Shown here: piece by piece, positions 52,230 to 64,000 of the stretch
Numbering within the stretch: position 1 is the first letter of the stretch
How the letters are laid out: every line of letters begins with the position of its first letter
Origin: Geosiphon pyriformis uo1
Lineage: Eukaryota; Fungi; Glomeromycota
Reading direction: 5' to 3'
Assembly (NCBI GenBank): GCA_016748015.1
Contig: JAAOMT010000664.1
Span: forward strand, 1,121,518 to 1,185,517
Length of the DNA stretch: 64,000 bases
Made by a program: the position numbers and the translations under genes
Notes under the pieces: generated by a model
Database searches by the model: none
What the model was told of the DNA's origin: nothing
Seen by the model: only the letters and a program-made list of their open reading frames with translations

Positions 52230-55200
52230 AAAATTAATTAACAGATTTTTGAAAAAAATAAATATTTAAAAATTTTAAATTACTTTTTTTTTAATTTTAT
52301 AATAATTAGAACAAAAAGTAAAAAAGTTTTAAATATTACTTTTTTTATAGTAACTAATAAAATTTTAACAAAAAAAAGTTTTTTTGTTATTAAAGCAATT
52401 AAATAAAATATTTTAATAATATTTAAAAAAAATATTAATTATAATAAACTGTTTTTAACAGTATTACAGTTCAAAAATTTAGCAAAAAAAATATAAATTA
52501 TCTAATCATAATATAACATAGTAATAATCTTAAAAAAATAACAATTAATATAATAACAAGTACTAGCTTATAATAGTGATCAATACCAACTGATAATAAT
52601 AACAAACACCAGATTAAAATATCAAAAAAATATTACAATGTGTTTTTTTGTAAAACTACAAATATATATATATATAGTAATTTTAATATTAAAAAAAATA
52701 ACAAGTTATCAAACAATTTATTTAACAATTTTACTTTAATTATCTTTTTAGTCTTTATTTTTAAAATAAATATCCACAAAGATTTTTAAATAAAAACAAA
52801 TCAAAAAGAATATTAAAAATTAAATTATTATAACTTAAAGTATTAAGAAATTTACTTATATTATTTATTAAATAAAACTATTATTTATTAGCTAAATCTC
52901 TTGAAAAAATAATTTTTAATCAAAATTATTTATATTTTTATTAATTCATAAAAGCTTTATTATAAAAATTAAAAAAAAGACTAAAGACTATTAATATTTT
53001 ATGTTTTTAAATTAAAAAAACACATTAGACAATTACAAAAATAGTCTTAAAAAGAATCTTAAATAGTAAGTAGATTTTACTTTAGTTTCTAAAAAAAGTG
53101 TATAAACATATACAACAATTAAAATTGAGAAATAATTTACATTACAACATCAAAAAAAAGCTTTTAGTATAAATATTAATATTATTACACAAATAGAAAT
53201 AAGAAATTCACAAAAGATTAATTGTAATTAAAACAAAATATTTGCAATTAAAATAACAAAAAAAACCATTTTATAATAATAATTTTTAAAGTATTTTTTT
53301 TACTTTTGGCTAATGGTTTTTTTTTAATAAAAATTTTTTTTAAGAAATATATTTAAATTAATTTTAATGTTATTTCTACTCTTTCTAAGAATCTTAAAAT
53401 TTTAATAATAAATTAATTAACAAACTAATTTTTTGTTTTTATTACTATTACTACTATTTTATAAATAACTAAAAAAACCAAAAACTCAAAAAAACAGCAA
53501 TAGTTACTTATATTTATTATTGTTATATTAAATTTTTTTGTGGTTTTAAATAAAATCTTAAAAAAAATCTTTTTAATAGCAACTAATTTTCTTTTTAATA
53601 TAAACAGCAACAATAATAACACATTTTTCAAGATAAATTAAGATTAATTATTAATTGTGTTGTCAAATATGATGTTTTTTAGCAAATTATTATTAGTTTT
53701 AAAAACAAAGCAACTTATTAAGTTATTTGATTTTAAAAATTGAATTAATTAAATAAAAATTAAATCAACATTTTTTTTTTGTTTTCTAATACTGTTTTTA
53801 GTAATATCTGAAAAATAATTTTCAGTTATTAAAGATTTTTTAGATAAGTGGTTTTTATTCTAATATTTATATTATTTTTAAAATCAAATTAACTTTTATT
53901 AATTTTTTGTTTTATTTGTTATTTGGTTTTATTAAATTTAAATCTGTTTTAAAAGATAATATTAAGCTATTTTGTATAGATTTTGCTTTTAAAGCTTTTT
54001 TGATTACTATTCTTAAAATTTTTATTAATGAATTTATTTTAATTACACTTAAAATTACAAAATATTCAATAGTAGCTTTTGGTTTTTTTTTTATCTTTGT
54101 TGTATTTCATAATATTTTGCTTGACATATCTTTTAATAATATTAAAAATGTTTTTAATATTTTAATATTATTATTTTAATAAAATTAAAGTTTGTTGACT
54201 TGTGACAATATATTATTATTAATTTTAAAAACTTTTTTTTTGCTGTTACTGCTTTTAATAACTGGTTTGTATTAGTTAAAAAAGATAATATTAGAATTTT
54301 TATTTTATTTAATTAAAGAAAAATTATTACTTTAAAAGATATTTTTAAGATCAAATTAGTTAATTTTTTTTTAGTTGCATTGTTTTTGAAATTAGTAATT
54401 TGATTTTTTAAGTTAATAATTATATTTGCTTTTTTTTTTGCTCTTTTGATTCTTATTATTGTTAATATTTTGTTATTATTATATTTAATTTTTATAAATT
54501 TTTGAATTTTATTTTTGTTAAAATTAATACTTTGTACAATATTATATCTGATAGAAAATCTTTAAGTATTATTGTTGCTATAATTATTAAAGTTTGAATT
54601 ATTTATTTACTAATTATAAAGTATTATTATCTCTTCTTTTTAAGTTATTTATTAAGTTTATTGTTAATTTTAAGTCTTTTATTTTGGTTTTTGTTGGTAA
54701 AAAATTCTATATTAAGACTTTTATTTCTTTGGTTTTTTTTTGGTTATTTCTGTAACTGTTTTTGTTGTTGATTTTGTAATTAAATTAAGATTGAATTTTT
54801 TAAAATTTCAGATTTTAGATTTGGCTTTTTAATTAAGTTTGTTGTTATACTAATTAATATTTTGATAATATTAATTACTATTTTTTTAAATGCTTTTTTT
54901 GTTTTTGGTAATATTATAGATTAGTTTTTTATAAATATAATATTAGTTAAAACTAAATATAATTTTAATATTAATTTTATAGAAAAATGTAATATTAATC
55001 TACTTAATAATAATTTTTATACTAAGTTAATTATTTTTTAAGAATATTAATCTAATTTTATCAAATTTGATATTAATACAATTATTGTATAATTAAGTAG
55101 TTTTGTTAAAAATAATAATATACTAATTAGTATTATAAGTAAGATATTTTTTTAAAATAAATTTTTTTTTATAATAATATTTTAATTAGCTTAAATAATT

Positions 55201-55310
55201 GATTATATATAGAAAGTACATGATTTATATATAGTTTAAATTACTTAATTTAATATATTGTATTAGATTGTGTTTGAGTCTTACTTATTAAATAAATAAA
55301 TAAAAAAAGT
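52230..55310 (+). mobile_element. Eroded ORF1-only LINE derivative, copy 2, interrupted by a solo LTR
   Basis: Colinear with 49640-51900; 55181-55290 matches the reverse complement of the LINE copy 2 3' UTR (42582-42690); A-rich tail. Confidence 0.7.
52462..53278 (+). repeat. Old solo LTR of family D
   Basis: Start tattacagttcaaaaatttagcaaaaa and end aaaaccattttataata match the D LTR ends with transitions; TSD acag/ataa. Confidence 0.82.
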
Positions 55311-56767
55311 TTGAATTTTATTTTAATATATATAAATAATAAACTTTTATTTAAAAATTTATCCAATAAATTTTTTGTATTTATAAATGGTATTATTATA
55401 ATTATTTTATTTTTTATTTATATTTATATAAATATTTTAATAATATAAAAAAACAAATAATAAATAATCTTTTTTGAAAAATTTTTAAACAAATTTATTT
55501 TGAATTTTTTTTATTATTCTGTTTTAAAATTTACATTTTTTATTAATAAAATAAAATTAAATATAATATTTAATAATAAATTACAAAATTATATATATAT
55601 TATTTATTTAATATTGTTTTTTTGAATGTTATATTATCAAAAAACAAATATTATATTAGTTTTTTATATTTGGTTTATTTAATTTGTTAAAAACATAATT
55701 TAAATATTAATAAAATTTACTTAATTTAATTATATTAATAATTTAATTATATTTTTTATTTTAGCATTTTTTATTTTTTAATTAATAAAAATAGCAATAG
55801 TTTTTATTATTAATAGTAATATTATTGATAAAAAAAACCAATTAATTAAGTTTAAAATATTTTATATAATAATATAACTATTATTTATTAAATAATATTA
55901 TGTATAAAAATATATATATTATTATTTATGTTTTAATATTAATTATTTAATTATTATTTAACAAACTTTTATTTTATTAATAATTTATATAATTTACAAA
56001 TATAATTAAATTATATATAAGAATTTAAAATTAAGAATATATAAATATTTTTAAACTTTTAACTTAAATTAAAACTTTTTTTAAAAAAGCAAACAAATTA
56101 AGTTACCAAAAAAGTTACAATGTATAATTACAATAAAAATTACAATAGATATTTAATTATTTTTTAATACTTAAAACATTTTTAATAACAATATATGTAT
56201 ATATATTGTATTTATAACAAAGTTTTCAATTTAATTAATATTTACAAATTAAAACTTGATTAATTATTTTTAATAAATTTTATAAAAAACTATTAAAATT
56301 TATATTTAAATCTAAATTAATTGTAATTATTAAATATATTAATATTAATATAAAAGCTTTTATTTTTATTTTTCAGTTAAATATTAACATATTAAATTAA
56401 GAAATTAACAATTAGCAGAAAACAAATCATTTGTAATTTGAAAAAATAAAATAAAACTTTACAATAAAAATATTTTCAATTCATGTAATAAAAGCAAACT
56501 TTTCATTCAGACATCAATTGGTTCCAATTTTATATCAATTCAAAACTTCCAGATTCCTAAGTCAGATTTATTTCATGTAGCTTTTCTACATAGGACGAGA
56601 TTTTCGTCGAACAAAGATAGTCTTGGAAAATTATATGAATCGTATTTTTAACAAATATCGAATCATTCCAGTAATCCGAGAGCACAAAAATGAAAGATAC
56701 CGTTGTTGGAATTTATGCAAATTTTAAGAAATTAGGATCCGTTCTTTCGTGGATTCAATCTATAGCT

Positions 56768-59700
56768 TCATCGAAGTTTCATAAATATGAGGTAACAAGC
56801 CTATTTTCGCAAAACAAAATTCAAATTTAGTATTAATTGACTTTTAAATAGATAATCGAATATATAAAAAAACCTACGTGAACAATTGGTAAATGATCTA
56901 CATTTCCTCCATCGGCTATAGCTTTTTCATCGACGTATTCTTCATATGAACAGATTTTTCTTTTATCTTTAGCGTGTCCTTCGGGAACAGTGATAACTAG
57001 CTCCTTTAACGGCATCACATCTCCACCCACCGCACGATTAATATCTTCCATAAATATCATGCTCAAAGGCCATAGTTTACCTTCTGGGCTCCTAAAATCT
57101 TGGGCACCGACTATTAAGAAGCCAGAGGGAGGAAGATTATTGTGTGCTTCACGGGCTAAATGGGTAATTGCGGTTCGATAGGCTGGGATGTTTTCGACAT
57201 TAAGTGTTCCATTTGGAATATGGGGTACCACAATAAGTGCTGTAGGTGTAGGTGGAGGCAATGGTTTACTAGCAAGAAGTTTCTCAACATGTGAAATATC
57301 ATCCGATGATTCACTTAGATCAGAGATGAGACCCTAAGAGTAATTAATTCAGGAATTGGGCTTATTAAGAGAATATTCATGAAATAGGCAGAATAGAAAT
57401 AAAAAAAAACTTGCCAAAGAAAGAAGCATTTTCTGATTTTCTTGTATTCTTTTCTGCCTTATTTTCTCATACTCTGACAATCCATCCAATTCACTATCTA
57501 GTGTCTCTGAGTTAAAGCAATAAAAAAGAGATTATCTCAAGTGCATATATAAAGAATACTGAAGGTAATCACAACAAACCTTCATCTTCTTTTAATTTAA
57601 CATCCTGTTTATGATTGGTTTTCTAAAAGAAAAAACAGATTAAGAGCCGTGAGAAGAAATGATTTGATGAAAAGAGTTGTTTAAATAAAATTTTTACCAA
57701 TAGAGCATTGAAATTTAATTTAATTTCTTCCCAATTGGCCAAGTCTCTACCAAAACGTTCAACCTGCACAAAATTCAAATGAGCGAATTATAGATGGTTA
57801 TTCATTGTTAAGTCGTTAATGTCGTACCATTCTTGATGTACATAACAGCACAAAATCATGACGTGGGGAAGGCTTAAAAGTCCAAGTAGTTCCCATGACA
57901 ACACTCTTTCGTGCAATGGGAACTGTGGGTATTTCACGCCAGGTGCGAGAAAAAGTCACATTTTCTTGAATGGTTGAATGATCTGAGGAAGAGAAATATT
58001 GTTGAGTAATAACAAGATTTGTCTATATCTTAGAAAAACGAAAATTTAAAATACCAGGTGTCAACATCATTGAGTCATTATTTCTCAAATCTACTTTTTT
58101 CAATGTGGCAATAAACTCATGCGTAAACATTAAAAAGTCGTATTGTACACATAAATACGTCCCTAAACCAAAGGCCTGGCAGTATCTTTGCCTTTTCACT
58201 ATCTGAACACAGAAAGGTTGACTTAGATTATTAAACTATTCCATCTTCAATATAAAACATAGCCTGGAGAATTACTTACTAGTTCCTCAAGTTCGAAACC
58301 ACGATCCATGTATTGACGAATCAACTGAAAGCTGACTGGAACATAGAAACATTGTTCGCGATTGTCACCAATCCCTAGTGTGACTCTCTTTCCAGGTTTT
58401 AGTAGCCTTTAGAGTTTATAAATGAAATGATTTTCGTTATTGATTGAGCAAAGGCTCAAAGGCTAAAAATATAATACCTCCAAGATTCATCAACCACTTT
58501 GGACATTTCCATATTAAATTCCGCCGAGTTTGCAAACCGCGATAAATCTCCGTCGATGTGGGTTGAATACTCAACACTGATTTAATAAAGAGGAGTAATA
58601 GGTCAAAAACGAGAAACAACGAACAGACCTATCTATTCTACTAACCAATTTTTATATGGGGGATGGCTCAAAATGTGATCAAAGGACTCATCTTCGAATA
58701 GCCTTCCACTCAGTTGCCGGGAATCAGCTTGTAAAATGATGGGCCGATGTTCAGCTGTGGTACCACGACCAGGTGGAATTGCGAAAGAACAATTACGTTG
58801 TGATAAAGCGACAGCTGCCTATATTCGGATGAAAATTTTACATTTTGCCTCTAATTAATTCACCCCATGCTATTATAAACATACCGGATTTATATCTACT
58901 CCAACGCCTCTGTTAAACAGTCCAAAGGATATATTATCAGATGAAAAATCGAAAGAATATAGCAAGCTAAATGAAGTTTACCTTCGAGAGAGCAAAAAAC
59001 ATTCAATCGCGTCGGTTCCTGATAATTATAAATTTAAGTTCTTTTATATCTACACCTACTACAGTTAACATGTGAGCTAACGAACCTCTGCCAAGAAAAT
59101 TGGAAAGAATCCTTTCATTCTTTTTGGTATAACGAAGTAATGCTCTAAAATAAAAAATTAATTTTCGTAATTAATATAGTAAATGATTCGAATTTTTCCT
59201 TTAAAAAATCATACCTGCGGACAGTTTGTGGTAACCATGTGCCATGATAATCCGTACCGCTATGAGTAGCCCCTTATTTCCAAGGTAAAGTTGAAATTAG
59301 CAAGTAGAAATAAATTTATCAAAAATAATTGCAACTAACATCGAGGTGCTCGCCCCGGAATATCAAAATATGAACTGTCAAATGGCAATGAAAATAATTG
59401 ATTCTCAGCAGGTTCATAGCTGTCTAAATAGAGCGCTTGGGATTGTGAATAGTCAAATTTCACACCAGAGACCGAAGTTCTTGTCAGATATGGTGTATGA
59501 GTATAATCCTCGATGGAAGCGACGTATTTTTCTTTTCCGAATTGCGACTCATCTGTAGGATTGTTTACAAGTGCAAGTTCAAAGCAGTCTTCACACATTA
59601 AAACACCATTGTAACCTGTCGAAAAGTAAAATTCCGCTTTTTGTTATTGATGTGAAAGGTATTTTAAGAAACCTAATCTTTGATCCGTAGCTAAAAAGGG

Positions 59701-62700
59701 AGTCGATTAGATACCTTTTCTCCATCGAGATGACTCTTCTGACCAACAGTAAGAACACTGAACTTGTGACCCATTTTCTCGCTTCTTGAATGTGCTTTTC
59801 GGTTTTCTTCGGGATGCTTGAAACGAGGAGTTGTTGAAAAAACATTATAACAGCAATTGCACTTCGTTAATATGATCTTAAGATATTTGATCATGCATAC
59901 CATTCTCAGATTTGGCCTTCTCTTTATTTAAAGTGATAGCGGCTCTTTTTGAAGATTCCTCTTCCTGAATTTTGCGTAAAGCTATAACATATACCAAAGG
60001 GATGAGATACTTAAGTTTTTTTTTGAAAAAGTGAATCATTGGGAAAATACGGACATGTTTCCCGAAACTCATCTTTAGAATGTTCATGTTCATCTGGAAA
60101 ACATTCTGGAAAGCACTTTGGATAGGATACAAATTGAAAGTCAATTAAATAGGTCAGTTCATCGTAATCCATGAATACAGCTGGATTTTTACCTTGGAAC
60201 ACAAATCAAAGGTAGTGAAGAATTTTTCAGCACAAGGAGAGCAGGACCACCATGCTTCTTCCTCCTGCAACTCAGCAGAACAAACATCACATCTAAAACA
60301 TTCATTATATTCTTCTGAAAAGAAGTTTGATATGAGATTCATGGTAATACTTAAAGATAAACGAGGAATATGAATTTAAGAAATAGCCGTACCTATTTTA
60401 TTGTGAATCGCCTCATGACTAGGACAATAGAAAATAACCCCAATTTCAAAATGGGAAAGAGGTTTACCAGTACATGCCAGATGGAAGCTGCGGTTACATT
60501 TAGGTTCAAAACAACCAATCGTTGCCCCCCGCTCTTTACATTTTCCACATTTCTTGAATGATTAATTGTATTTCAATTAGCCTTATACGTTTTTGATAAA
60601 TGGAATAATCAATAACCTACCATACTTCTGCCTCGTCTCCAAGCAATTGTCACATTGTACCATTCGTTATTTTTAGTTTGGACAACTTCTGGGGAATATT
60701 TCGCGCACGCATAATGGGCCCAGAATATTTTTTTTCTTTCACCGTGACGTGAAGCGGCAGACGAAGCAAAAGGGTGAGGCCCGATAAAGCCACCAAGACG
60801 TTCATTTTCATCGTCATTGCAAAACCCACAAATTTTTCGTGCGCTCCACGCTTTTAAATACAAATATCCCATATCACTTTCTGGAGGTACTAATTCATTC
60901 AATAATTTGCTGTTTTTATCCTTGAATGTTGTGTCAAATTCATCTTTCTCAAAGGTCGAAATAAGTTCGCCTTTAGAAGATAAATTGGGTACCCCATCAC
61001 CAAGAACAGATTGCACAGCGAATGAGCAACGTGGATGTTGATGATCTTCAGGAAAGTTATGAGCAAAACACCTTACAAAAAAATTAATGTATGAGAGCTA
61101 AGAAATTCATTTTTTTAAATAATAAATAACAAAATAGTGCATGTCGCAGACTTTACCAGATACATAACTCAAAACTCTTATAATCATTTCCTTCTGAAGG
61201 AGATTCACAATATGTACAATAATATCTAAGTTAATAAATAAGAGAAGTTAATCATTTTTGTACAGAAGGTTTTAGTTTGGGCAAAATTATATTTATGATT
61301 GAAAAATCATTGGAGTAATTGAGATCTACCTATATTGCTTGATAATAACGTTACATTGGTTACAATATATAAACCAATTGCCCCTGTCTATACAATTTTA
61401 AAAGGTAGAAATATTGATAAATATAATGATACTTGTGTCAAAATTCAAGTGTATGATTAAACTCGTAAATTTATACCTGAGTCATTTCCATAAACTTTAC
61501 CGTCTATAACGTATTCAATATTACTGGCGATTTCATCGAATTTAGAATTCTTCTTGGTTTTTTTTGTCCTATTAGCTGCGGATAACAAGGATTCTAATTC
61601 ATCACTTTCAGCACTGGTAGCACCCTCAACGTATCCACCCCGCAAGCGCTGACTATTCATGTCAATCCATTCATCGTAAACAGAGGAGGAATTGTCATAA
61701 TGGATCAAAACTCGATAGCCTTTAGCTTCCACGACTCTAGCTGAATGCCATTCTTTAAATGCATCACGTGCCTCTACTTTGGCTCCTGCTCTAAAACGAG
61801 CCTTCAACTCGTGTAGGTCTGTCGAAGTATCTTCATCAAACCGATTTTTGGATTTACCTTCACGTACAGCTTGACGAGAACTACGCCTGACATATAATTC
61901 TCGCCAATCAAAGGTACTGGAATACTCTAACGTAGATTGTCGACTCTTAGTATCCGAATCATCAGAAGAACCTTCGACTGGCTCATAATTTTGAAGACTG
62001 AATCTCGGTTTTGTTCTTGGGGGGTTTCTACCTTTATGATGCAAAGGTGATTTTATTTTTTCACGTAAAGCTTTACCTCGGCTTTTGGGAGCGATTATTA
62101 AATAGTCATCTTCAACCATTTCAGAATCGCTTGAATCGGTTTGATATTGAGGCTCTTCAATATCTAGCTGCGCGCCTCTTTGAGAATCTAATATTTCTTC
62201 CAAAGTCATTTCACGCAATCTAGAACTTTCGGCTGGTATCCATTCATCAAATTTAGCGTCCCATCCATCATAGTGAACACGAATCCTGCTGTTTTGAATA
62301 TCCATCATCATTCCAGTATACCAATTCCCATCAAGGCACAAGACTTTGACTCGTTTATAAAGTTCAAAGCCGTATTGGCCACCTCTTCGAGACCGGCTTC
62401 CTAAATCATCTCCGAAAAGGCTTCGACAATAAGAGCAGAGTTCAAGGCTTCCCACTCGTTGAACATTCAAGTGCAATACATTGCAAGATTCACAAACTTT
62501 CTGAACAAGTTTCGGGTGCTTTTTTGAAAAATATAAGGATTCATCATCCTCTATATTTGAAGTTTTTCTCCTAACTTTAAGAACTCCTTTATTACGGCGT
62601 TGAGGCTCAGTTTCACTAAGGCTTGTTGATTGCTTACTAATACTGAGAGTATCAAATTGAATATTCTCTACACTATTGGATAAAGAATTGTTGATATTGT

Positions 62701-63997
62701 GTTTATTGGAACTGCTGGATTTTTTGCTAATTTGTTTTCTTTTTGATTTGCCTTTGTCAACCTCTTTATTAGCCTCTTTATCCATCCCAACATCATAGAC
62801 TTCAGCATTTGTTTCTAGCTGACTCCTAGAATTTTCCTGATTATTATACATTTTCTGAATATTATTGTCATGAATAGACATTCTTAACCTCTGGCTATCG
62901 ACCCGTAACCATTCATCATATTCTTGCCCCCATCCATCATAATGAACTTTCACTTTAGTTTTCTCAACTTTGACAATTTTCCCAGGGTACCACAACTTGT
63001 CAAAACTAAGAACTTCAACCTTATGGTTTAATTCATAGCTGTGAGACATTGATTTAACTCTGGTCAATTCGGGGGCAAAGAGAGGTATACATTTAGGGCA
63101 TAACTGAAATGCACCTATTTTTTCAATATTTTCGTGAGCCTTATTGCAAGATTCGCAATTCTTCGTAGTGGGGACCCTTTGTTGTTCGTTTGACTTTTTT
63201 CGAATACTTAAGGTGTTTACCGCAAGTTGTGAGTTTTTTATCTGGTTATTTCTCGGATTTGAGGATTCTTTCTTTTTAATTTGCGAAGCCTTTTCGACAA
63301 CTTCGATCCCTCTGTCTAAATTTGACGTTGAATCTGTATTTTCAGAAGCTGAAGAATCCAAGTCTGAAAGTGAAGTTAAATCACTACCGTCACTATCCAT
63401 AAAATCGAAAACTGAGGATGAAATTATTTTTGAAGTAATAATCTCTGGCTGATCAGGCTTCTTTATTTCTGGCTTTAAGGAGATTTCTAATATATCCAAC
63501 TCTGGAGGCGTTTGTGGTTTTTCATCAAGTTCTTTTGGCTTGAAATTCTCGCTAAGGCCAAGTTTAAAAACCTTTCCACTATCCTCCTTAGAAATAAATA
63601 GGGTGCTCTTTGAACATTTAAGATTATCAATGGGATATGATTCATTATGATTGCCCTCTATATCACCTATTTGCTGACTTCCTTCATCTGAACATACAGC
63701 CTTAATCCTATCATCTTCGATGCCCATTGATATGTTAATTTTCCTCAATTTAAATTCTCCCGCCTCAAATGAATCTTCGACTGAAATTTGACTTATTTCC
63801 ACTTTGTCATCTTCTCCAGAGACAGAAGTTTCATCATGCAAAAAATGAAAAGATGGACGGATATTTATATTTTGTTGTATACTAGTCGAGGGATTTGTTA
63901 CAATATCCTCAACACTCGGTGTTTTCATAAGGACATCCAAAGGCTTGCTTGGAAGATCTGGATAATCAGGAGCAAAATTTTGTTGAGGATTTTCCAA
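56768..63997 (-). CDS. Multi-exon (~24 exons) chromatin-reader-fused amino-(N4C/N6A) DNA methyltransferase: 3x Tudor/chromo-barrel, 2x C4 finger, ZZ, extended PHD, ZZ, GATA finger, MTase, degenerate MTase-like domain; 5' end probably outside the window
   Basis: Hand-spliced exons stay in frame where checked (59615-59340, 59272-59215, 59144-59086, 59018-58982, 58909-58885, 58818-58646, 58576-58478, 58406-58280, 58202-58055, 57333-56878, 56800-56768) and give RWATHSGTDYHGTWLPQ, ILSNFLGRGTD, GVDINP, ADSR, FDHILSHPPY, RLLKPG, IGD, FTHEF. Normal CpG content and no disabling stops seen. Some upstream exon boundaries are approximate. Confidence 0.88.
58055..59350 (-). other. Amino-methyltransferase catalytic domain (Rossmann fold; motif I before motif IV)
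   Basis: SAM-binding NFLGRGT (59105-59013 across an intron), acidic motif II GVDIN, catalytic SHPPY at ~58654-58668. Confidence 0.88.
59584..59760 (-). other. GATA-type zinc finger (C-x2-C-x17-C-x2-C) split by an intron
   Basis: Spliced sequence CSYCWSEESSRWRKG|YNGVLMCEDC. Confidence 0.8.
60055..61388 (-). other. ZZ finger, extended PHD (zf-HC5HC2H-like), second ZZ finger
   Basis: CNQC...YYCTYC...FELCIWCF...HQH; CGFC...WAHYACAKYSPEV...CGKCKERGATIGC...CNRSFHLAC...FYCPSH; CDVC...WSCSPC...FDLC..CF...HEH. Confidence 0.85.
61640..63160 (-). other. Three Tudor-knot/chromo-barrel (Royal family) domains, the first two each preceded by a C4 finger
   Basis: Repeats of the type V...W(Y/H).(G/A).(I/V).....V.(V/I)HYD.W...(Y/F)DEW....S.RLR at ~62885-63025, ~62215-62355 and ~61640-61785; CESC...CPKC and CESC...CSYC. 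Confidence 0.88.
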
Positions 63998-64000
63998 TCT

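Noticed and set aside
55310-56420. Very AT-rich tract as a centromere/origin or an additional element (also 42160-42530 and 51900-52230)
   Set aside because: No recognisable motif or periodicity; most likely fully eroded repeat DNA that I cannot assign.
58055-59350. MTase as bacterial or endosymbiont contamination, or as the direct cause of the adjacent C>T decay
   Set aside because: Spliceosomal introns and eukaryotic reader domains exclude contamination. Amino-methylation is not known to promote C>T transitions, and adjacency in a repeat-rich genome is not evidence of a functional link.
61457-63997. 846-aa ORF as a complete standalone protein
   Set aside because: It starts at a TTG at the window edge and runs past a splice donor near 61500; downstream exons continue in frame.

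Overview
This is eukaryotic, AT-rich DNA. The repeat families and short-intron gene structure look like an early-diverging fungus, probably Glomeromycotina (inference). Positions 1 to ~56,400 are a nested retrotransposon cluster. An ancient AT-eroded Gypsy relic carries a solo LTR and is followed by a minus-strand LINE (7152-42155). That LINE is split by two full-length Ty3/Gypsy elements, A (8528-18700) and B (22896-40948), and B's 3' LTR holds a younger element D (32165-40025). Element C (1-3794) is cut by the window start. A second LINE (42546-49459), two ORF1-only LINE derivatives and another solo LTR follow. The Gypsy elements have an unusual layout: Gag-PR-Cys-rich-dUTPase-RT-RH, then an integrase that appears to be a separate ORF in all four families, then an extra ORF3. 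All repeats show strong, age-graded C>T/G>A decay. Positions 56768 to >63997 hold one intact ~24-exon minus-strand host gene that the ORF track shows only in fragments. It encodes three Tudor/chromo-barrel readers, C4 fingers, two ZZ fingers, an extended PHD and a GATA-type finger fused to a prokaryotic-type amino-(N4C/N6A) DNA methyltransferase (NFLGRGT...SHPPY) plus a degenerate second MTase-like domain. This gene is the most interesting element in the window.
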